DNA from: Eledone cirrhosa
Lineage: Eukaryota
Length of the DNA stretch: 64,000 nucleotides
Reading direction: 5' to 3'
NCBI GenBank assembly: GCA_964016885.1
Contig: OZ024746.1
Span: forward strand, 73,904,001 to 73,968,000
Part shown: one piece after another, positions 56,039-64,000 of the stretch
How positions within the stretch are numbered: position 1 is the stretch's first letter
Layout of the letters: every line of letters starts with the position of its first letter
Notes under the pieces: model-generated
The model's input: the letters and a program-made list of their open reading frames with translations, nothing else
Told to the model about the DNA's origin: nothing
Databases searched by the model: none
Made by a program: the position numbers and the translations under genes

Positions 56039-57403
56039 CAAAATTTGTTTTATAAATGGTGACATACCCAAGAAACCAGACCTTATCGGTTCAGGTTCAT
56101 TTTGGATAGTGAAAGAAAAATTTCAAATCTTTAGGATGAATATATAAATGAGGTTGAAACGTAAGGCTGAAAAAAGATCGTTATATTTAGACGCTAGGTA
56201 AATTTAAATAATTATTAGGATAATTTATAAATGGAAGAAGAAAAAAAAAAAGAAAAAAGAGAGGCTAATATTAATATTAGGGTGTAAGAAAATTTAAGGA
56301 ATAATTATGAGAAAAAATTATAGTTAGAAATACACTATTATTATTAAGATAAAATTGTATGGATCATATCAGTGATGGTGTAAAGAGAGTGATATAATTA
56401 TATTTAATTATTGAATTATATAATCATATATTTTGGTTGTATCTATAAAATAATATGAGTGTTAAGAATGTGTTTAAGTGGTAGAATACCAATTTAAAAT
56501 TGAAAAAAAAAAAAATTGAGATATACAACAAATTATTGGATCTATTCAAATCATGAGTTATAATATTATATAGATAATATTTATAAGTATATTTTAAGGT
56601 TGTAAGTATACTTTAGTTTATTATATTACAACGGATTATTTATATAAGTATTTATATAAATATTTTTGGTGAGTATATATGTTGTTATTTTCACTAGATA
56701 GATAAATTAAATATTTTTATATATGTTAAGGGTTACGAAGAATTTTGTGTTTACATTTTCAATATATAGTTAAGAAAAGGACGTAGTTATAAATTTTATT
56801 TGAGAAGATTATTTTGTACATTCAGATAGGTTAATCAAGATAGGAAACTTTCACAAAAAATTTATTAAGTCAATGAAGATAAATATTTATGTAAAGTTTA
56901 GTTGTTACGTAGAAGGAATGTTTAAGCGTGTTATATTATAAAGGAAAAGATAACTCCAATGTTTCTTAGTTAATATAATTATGTTACATTTGTCATTTAA
57001 TTCTAGAATTTACTTTTAAAGAAATATACAATTAAGATATATGCGGAATATCAGTAGAAAAATTTAATAAATTATTTTGTATATGGTTATAAGGTATTTT
57101 ATATTAGATGTTTTCAAAGATGAGAATTCTTTTATATATGTATTTAGATAGTATTATCTACATCAATGCATGTGTTAAATTCTATATAGTGAAAAAATAT
57201 TATTACAGACATCATAAGTATATTTAGAAACATTATCAAAATTATCACAACAAAGATATATTTCAAAATATCATTGAAAACCATTAACAAAAATATCATT
57301 TGAAAAATATTAGATGAAAAGAAAAATATCATTTAAAAATCACCACAAAATCTCGACAAAAACATAGTGAAGACATATAAAATGTAAACAAGTGAAATAT
57401 ATT

Positions 57404-58640
57404 CTATAGATTAAAGATACTTCTGAAAGTCATTCTTTGGTGATGTCTGCAAGAACTGAATAATTCTTTCTTTTTGTTAATAGAGTTTTGGCAGGTAAGT
57501 TTATAAAATATTTCTTCAATACACAAATGACAAATTCTCGAGAGAGCCATATTTTGGTATGCGGGCGCTTTCGAAATCGTTCCCTAAGAGATTGAATAGT
57601 CAATATTATTGTCTTTTAAGTACCAAATTAGACGTGAAAGTGATGTAGAACATTTTTTTAACGGATCTATTAAAAGTATGTTTGTGATTATACCAGCGTT
57701 CTTTAAATTTTGTAGAAGTGACTCCTATATAGTTATATATTTTATCTCTAGTTTTTACTGTGCATTTGTATACTAAGTTTTTATCTAGGCAATTATTTTG
57801 TATAGGGCAATTTGAATCGTCTCTACAGTTACATTTTCCAGAGTTATTGTCACTATGAACGGTACGACTATTATTAGTATTAATACAATTATTAGGTTTG
57901 GGTTCAAATCTAAGTTTCTATTATTAATTCTATTTATATTTTGCGCTATGTTCATAGTAGTAAAGTAAGATAGTTTTATAGTATGTCTGTTAAAAATAGA
58001 ATGGTATCTATGAGATTTAGGAAACATTTATATAATGCTTTGAAAAATAGGTTTGCTACAGGTGTTTTAACGCGTATCGAGAATGGGGGAGAGTACCAAA
58101 TAATATTTCTAGTTCTAGTTCTTTTGTTTGTTTGATTTACTATTTATGTTAAATTGCTTATTATTATTAGTATTATAGTGAATTTTAGGATGATTTTGCA
58201 TGTTATTGTTATCTAAGTATTTAATTTTACTTGTGTAGCCAGCTCTATGTAAAGCATCATTGTAATATTCTGCCTTGTTATCAAAAATATTTTTATTAGC
58301 TGAAATGCGTGAAATTCTTTGCTGGACACTATTGACAATAATATTTTTTACATTTTTAGGATGGTTAGAATGGAGGCTTACGTAGTTTAGGTTTTCATTA
58401 ATCTTATGGAAAGGGTGATATAGCTAAGGTTTAGAGTTATATCTAAGAAGTTATCAGTTTTATTATTATTCTCAATTTCTAATTTAAGGTTGTAATTATT
58501 GAAAAGTTCTATGATAGATTTCTTTTTCCTATTAAGTTCGCTATTGCTATGGTTTTCGACTATAAGTAACATATCGTCGCGATATAAACCTCCGGCCATC
58601 TCTGGCATTTTTCTATGTAGTACATTAAGAATAAATATAT
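57404..58640 (-). pseudogene. Penelope RT (C-terminal part) + GIY-YIG endonuclease, frameshifted
   Basis: GGLYRDDMLL, NFLDITLNL, YVSLHSNHP, QRISRIS, RNIIWYSPPFS, IFNRHTIKLSY, CNCRDDSNCPIQNNCL, LVYKCTV...YIGVTSTKFKERWYNHKHTF, CHLCIEE, ELFSSCRH. Confidence 0.92.
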
Positions 58641-59087
58641 CCCAACGAGGTCTGAACTTGAACCGATAAGGTCTAGTTTCTTGGGTATGTCACCATTTAT
58701 AAAACAAATTTTATATTTTATCTAATGAGAGCGTACCAAAATTTTGGTACCATTGAAATATATATAATAAAATAAATATGGTTTTATAAATATAGTTTCC
58801 ATTTATTAATATCATTGATATTATACTCCAGAAAACCCGTAGTGCTTCGAAACTGTTATAAATAAATTTGTTGAATAACCAAAAAATTAAATATTTCTTT
58901 GCTTATATTCGAAACCAACAAAATCCATTTCCTTTATTAATTAGTACAGTTCAGCAAGCTTCCTCGGCGGTTTATTCTACACAGAGGAACACACACACAC
59001 ACATACACATTCACACACACACTAACACAAACGCACACACATGCCGACACACACACAGACGCAGACACACACACATATATATTAATA

Positions 59088-59310
<223 letters not shown>

Positions 59311-59449
59311 TATATTGGTTGTATACCAACACCTCAGTATGCAGATTGGAGCACTCGACGAAGTGCGCAGGTTGGTTTGGTTACTCCGGAGTAATGTAAA
59401 ATAAAATAAAATAAATAAGTCAAATGTTTAAAATTTAGCTTCGTTTATT

Positions 59450-59499
59450 ACTGCTATATATATTTCGGTGACAGCCATCTTGTGACCTCTTCAGGCAGT
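59450..59499 (-). ncRNA. Type I minimal hammerhead ribozyme, intact core
   Basis: Minus strand: actgc-CTGAAGA-ggtcaca agatggc tgtcacc-GAAA-TATATA-TA-gcagt, immediately followed by AATAAA. Confidence 0.86.
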
Positions 59500-59651
59500 C
59501 CGAATTAGTGTGGTATAGACAAGTACATATGTTGTTGAGGTGTATAACCTTGTCAATACTCTGATATGCCCAGTTCCTGGTTGGGTTGTTATTTCACTGA
59601 GGGACTGGAATAATCGAGCGAGATAGTCGGCCGGGCGTACCGAAAACGATA

Positions 59652-60186
59652 AATGGAAAAAATGAAATTTCATTTCTCACTCTTAGTACGGCTGATACTT
59701 AAATAATTATGTATACGTACATACAAATATGTATACAGACGTACAGTAGTATGTATATACATACATACACACATATATATATGTACGCCGACTAACTCAC
59801 TCGATATGAAAATTAGGCTGCTCAGCCGTTAATATGCATAAGCAAAGTATATACTTTCAAACGTTCAATCAACTGACAGGAAGGTATACAGTGCTGATGA
59901 CAGCTAATAAGCTAGAAACTAGTTCATCGTTCCTTTGTCAGTGTTGAACAAAAGGGCAACGATGGTTGCCGAAAACTGTACGGCTAATAATTAGGGCTGT
60001 TTGTTTACAAACAAACCGAACATTATAATAAATGTTCGGTAAACCCATACGTACATATATATATGTGTGTACATGTATGTATATACATACTACTGTACGT
60101 CTGTATACATATATGTATGTACGTATACATACTTACATTTAAGTATCAGCCGTACTAAGAGTGAGAAATGAAATTTCATTTTTTCC

Positions 60187-60189
<3 letters not shown>
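59652..60189 (+). mobile_element. ~540-bp non-coding unit with ~135-bp inverted termini (59652-59787 / 60050-60189) and a central hammerhead (59888-59930)
   Basis: acagtg-CTGATGA-c agct aata agct a-GAAA-CTAG-TT-catcgt. Same family as 9155-9477; ends in (TA)n. Confidence 0.82.
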
Positions 60190-60265
<76 letters not shown>

Positions 60266-60622
60266 CTGTGTGTGTGTTTGTCTATACAGATTACGTATAG
60301 AACATGTAGAGAAATAATAGATAAAGGTTGTTCCATGTAAGTCGATGATTATAATATATTCATTCATTCATATTATCGTAGTATAACGGAAATATATTTA
60401 TATATTTGTTGAAAGAAAAAAGACTGATCACCTGAAAACAAACTGCAAAGAAAAAGTTTGTGTGTATATATATACACACAAACACGTATATATATATATA
60501 AATTTATATATATATATTTATATATATATTTATATATATATATATAATATGTATATATCAAATATATATATATATATATTTATAATATATATATATATAT
60601 TTATATATATATATATATATAA

Positions 60623-60702
<80 letters not shown>

Positions 60703-60763
60703 GTATTTATATATATATTTATATATATAATTATATATAGAAATAGATATATTATAAATATAC

Positions 60764-60839
<76 letters not shown>

Positions 60840-60843
60840 ATTT

Positions 60844-60918
<75 letters not shown>

Positions 60919-60922
60919 ATTT

Positions 60923-61022
<100 letters not shown>

Positions 61023-61213
61023 TATATACATATATATATACGTATGTATAAAACTAGTGTGGTAGTGATTTTGTGTGTGGGTGGAGTGGGTGGTTGGAAT
61101 TTTATTTAGTTACAAACAAGAAACCCATATGAAAATATATGTAGATGTTGCTACAATAATGATAAGCTATGTCATATTATGTGATACGCAGCTGCTGGTG
61201 GTGGTGGCGGAGA

Positions 61214-61215
<2 letters not shown>

Positions 61216-61287
<72 letters not shown>

Positions 61288-61290
61288 TAA
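61216..61290. repeat. (CTA)n microsatellite
   Basis: Direct inspection. Confidence 0.95.
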
Positions 61291-61570
61291 CTAATAGCAA
61301 TAATAATAATGCTAATGATAATAAATGTGAATGAGAGGTAAGAGAAACGTATATCCTGTTAGTTATAAGAAAATCACAGACAAGTAACAACAATAATAAT
61401 AAAATTAGCAACAACAAAACGATGAGTGCATCATATTCAACAGCAACAACAAAAAAGCAACAACAACAAAAAAGCAACAACAACAGCAAGAGCCGCAATA
61501 ACAACTACAACAGTAACATAAACTATAAAAGTCGTACGAGGGACCGATGAGAAATACGTGTATATATAAC

Positions 61571-61690
<120 letters not shown>

Positions 61691-62702
61691 CATGTACATG
61701 ATTTATATTATACATATGTTTGATGCAATATATATTTGTCAGAATTAGATACGTTGCATTAATGGAGTGATTGTATTGCAAAAGAAAATAATATGAGATT
61801 CAATCATTTTCTCAGAAATTATTTTTTCTCATTGGAATATGTATCTACTAGGTGTATGTGTATTATATATATATATATATATATACTATATATATATATA
61901 TACATGTGACCACATAATATATTCAATCTCAAATGCAAATATACATCCATATATACATATTGTTCTTAGTTGGGTTCCTTGTTTACAAACCCTATCAGTT
62001 TTCTTATGTCCCGATTTTAACTCTAGCATATTGTCTTCTAATCTAACACATCATTCTTTTGTTGTTCATATTTTCTGTTATATTACCTTGATTCCAGCTT
62101 CATGTATGTTTTAACGACACTGAATGAGGCTCAATTGATAATTTTATAGACACACTGTTTATGTTTCTTTTTACTTTCATAACGAATTCTAGTTATGAAT
62201 AAGGTATTATAAAAATTTCCAATTCATTAATGAAGATATTGGATAATGTTAGACTGGGAACATCCAAGACAAGCACATTTGTAGTTTTATAGTTGTTGCT
62301 GAGGTGCAGCATTGATCGTGTAGAATTGATGGAAGACATTTCAACTATCTCTTCTTTCTATATAACTAAGACTTTACTTCCAAATCTATCCTTTTCTATA
62401 TAGATGCTAATATGTGAATTGAGGGAAATGTGACTGCTATTTCCAGCAAATGAAGCGACTTTATAGATAGGCTGCTTCTTGAACAATGAAAACAAACTTC
62501 GCCAAGTTATATATTTATATATATAACACTGTAGCTCTTTGGAATGCACAACGGAATTCAATAAGACGAAAGCCTATTGTAAAAACAAGAACACGCATCA
62601 CCTGATATCGTTCGAATTATAACAGTGTTATGCGTCCTACCATAGCTATGTAGATAGCAGTATATATATAAAAATATATGTGTATATATATACCCCCCCC
62701 CC

Positions 62703-62808
<106 letters not shown>

Positions 62809-63469
62809 TATTTACACGTGTGGTATGGACGTAAGAAAAATAAATACAAAGACCACTGTTCATGAGCGTTACGGATAATATGTAGTCAGTATATCCTGTG
62901 ACATATTTGGTGAGGAGTGCGATTTTGGACACCTTGCTGGAGGTAAAGCAAAACCCGTAAAAGTGTGGAGGAACTCTTTAGAATCAAGGGCTAACCAATA
63001 CCTAAGCTGTCTTGTTCACTGGGTTCGTGGCAAACTTTTGCATCAATCCTTTATTATCAACATTTCTAAAAAGTGTGACAGGTCCAATACAAACCTTTAC
63101 AGCTATAAACAATTCATTTGTATGGATAGCTCAACAGCTCTACCAGTTCTGTCTATTTGATATCCCACCATTAATTCAAAGCCCACTGACGAAAGAGGAA
63201 AGGAGTCCATAGCTAGAGCTCTACACGGTGCGACCACCAGGTGATGGCCGTTCATGCATAAATTATGAGCAGTTTGTGCTGTTCGTGTGTTCTGATGAGG
63301 ATAAAGCAAGTCTCTTTAGACATAGCACTGCTTTCTCTACGCAGGGAGGAGGTGGTAAAAGGGTAAAAGGAGCCCTAAACAAATGCTTTCTCGATTGTTT
63401 TACTAAGAAACAGTCAACTGCGGCATTCTGGTTATCCAACTATGCCACCGAAACAAAACGAATCATTTA

Positions 63470-64000
63470 ACTCTTGGTTCATTGAATTTTAGAACACTCC
63501 GAGACAGCAGCTCAAATCTGGAATGAAGATCAACTCTCCTCTGCAATGCACTTAATATATATTATATCAATAGCTGTACCATAACTGAAACCCGACTTCC
63601 TTGCACATCCCAAATTGAAGAAATATGAGAAGGGTTACACAGTTTTCTGGTCCTAAAAAAGTGAAGAAGTGCATCGTCAATCTAGTGTTGGTTTTATCAT
63701 CAGATCAGACATTGCTAAATCCCAAACATCATTCGCCAAATGCACCAGTGATCGTATCATGATACTTTCTCTGGATCTTGTAAACAACACTTCTGATAAA
63801 CTAGTGAGTTGTTACACCCCAACTCTTTATTCATCTGTGCAGGATCTCGAAACATTCTAGGATCAGCCTCCCACAGCACATTATAATGGGTGATGTCAAT
63901 GCTAGAGTTGGAAATGTGTAACAAACATGGCATGGCCTTCTTCGGTTTAATGGTGACGGACCAAGGAATTTGATCTTAGCATCACTAATAGCTTTGTTCA
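63470..64000 (+). pseudogene. Degraded RTE-type LINE APE endonuclease, running off the window end
   Basis: LGSLNFRTL...ITETRLP...GYTVFWS...SVGFIIRS...SDRIMILSL...LVSCYTPT...IIMGDVNARVG, with stops and frameshifts. Confidence 0.8.

Larger units (their letters stand above)
55933..58822 (-). mobile_element. 5'-truncated Penelope-like element with inverted pseudo-LTRs (~55933-56100 / ~58652-58822)
   Basis: RT-GIY-YIG remnant, ~1.3-kb AT-rich 3' region, hammerhead-bearing terminal repeat in both orientations, abutting (TA)n. Confidence 0.9.

Overview
AT-rich, microsatellite-saturated eukaryotic DNA. It is most likely intergenic or intronic sequence from an octopus-like cephalopod (inferred from the repeat landscape). 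No host protein-coding exon is recognisable, and almost all listed ORFs are microsatellite artefacts. Real content: (1) a near full-length but frameshifted L1/Tx1-type LINE (27.1-32.3 kb, minus) inserted in a degenerate GA-rich minisatellite; (2) two Penelope-like retroelement (PLE) remnants with GIY-YIG endonuclease, one also with RT, both with inverted terminal duplications and sitting in (TA)n; (3) at least 16 copies of one tRNA-headed SINE family plus older SINEs; (4) RTE and R4/Dong LINE fragments; (5) a 68 x 39-bp tandem array whose common variants are synonymous in a minus-strand frame missing from the ORF track. The most striking hidden signal is a dense set of type I hammerhead ribozyme motifs. 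Seven have a complete canonical core, three have one core substitution, and several more are degenerate or partial. They come from at least 8 unrelated sequence families, nearly all have a palindromic stem-III loop, and they lie in short inverted-repeat or fold-back units next to (TA)n. This points to a multi-family PLE/retrozyme-like system that targets microsatellites and apparently also carries them.
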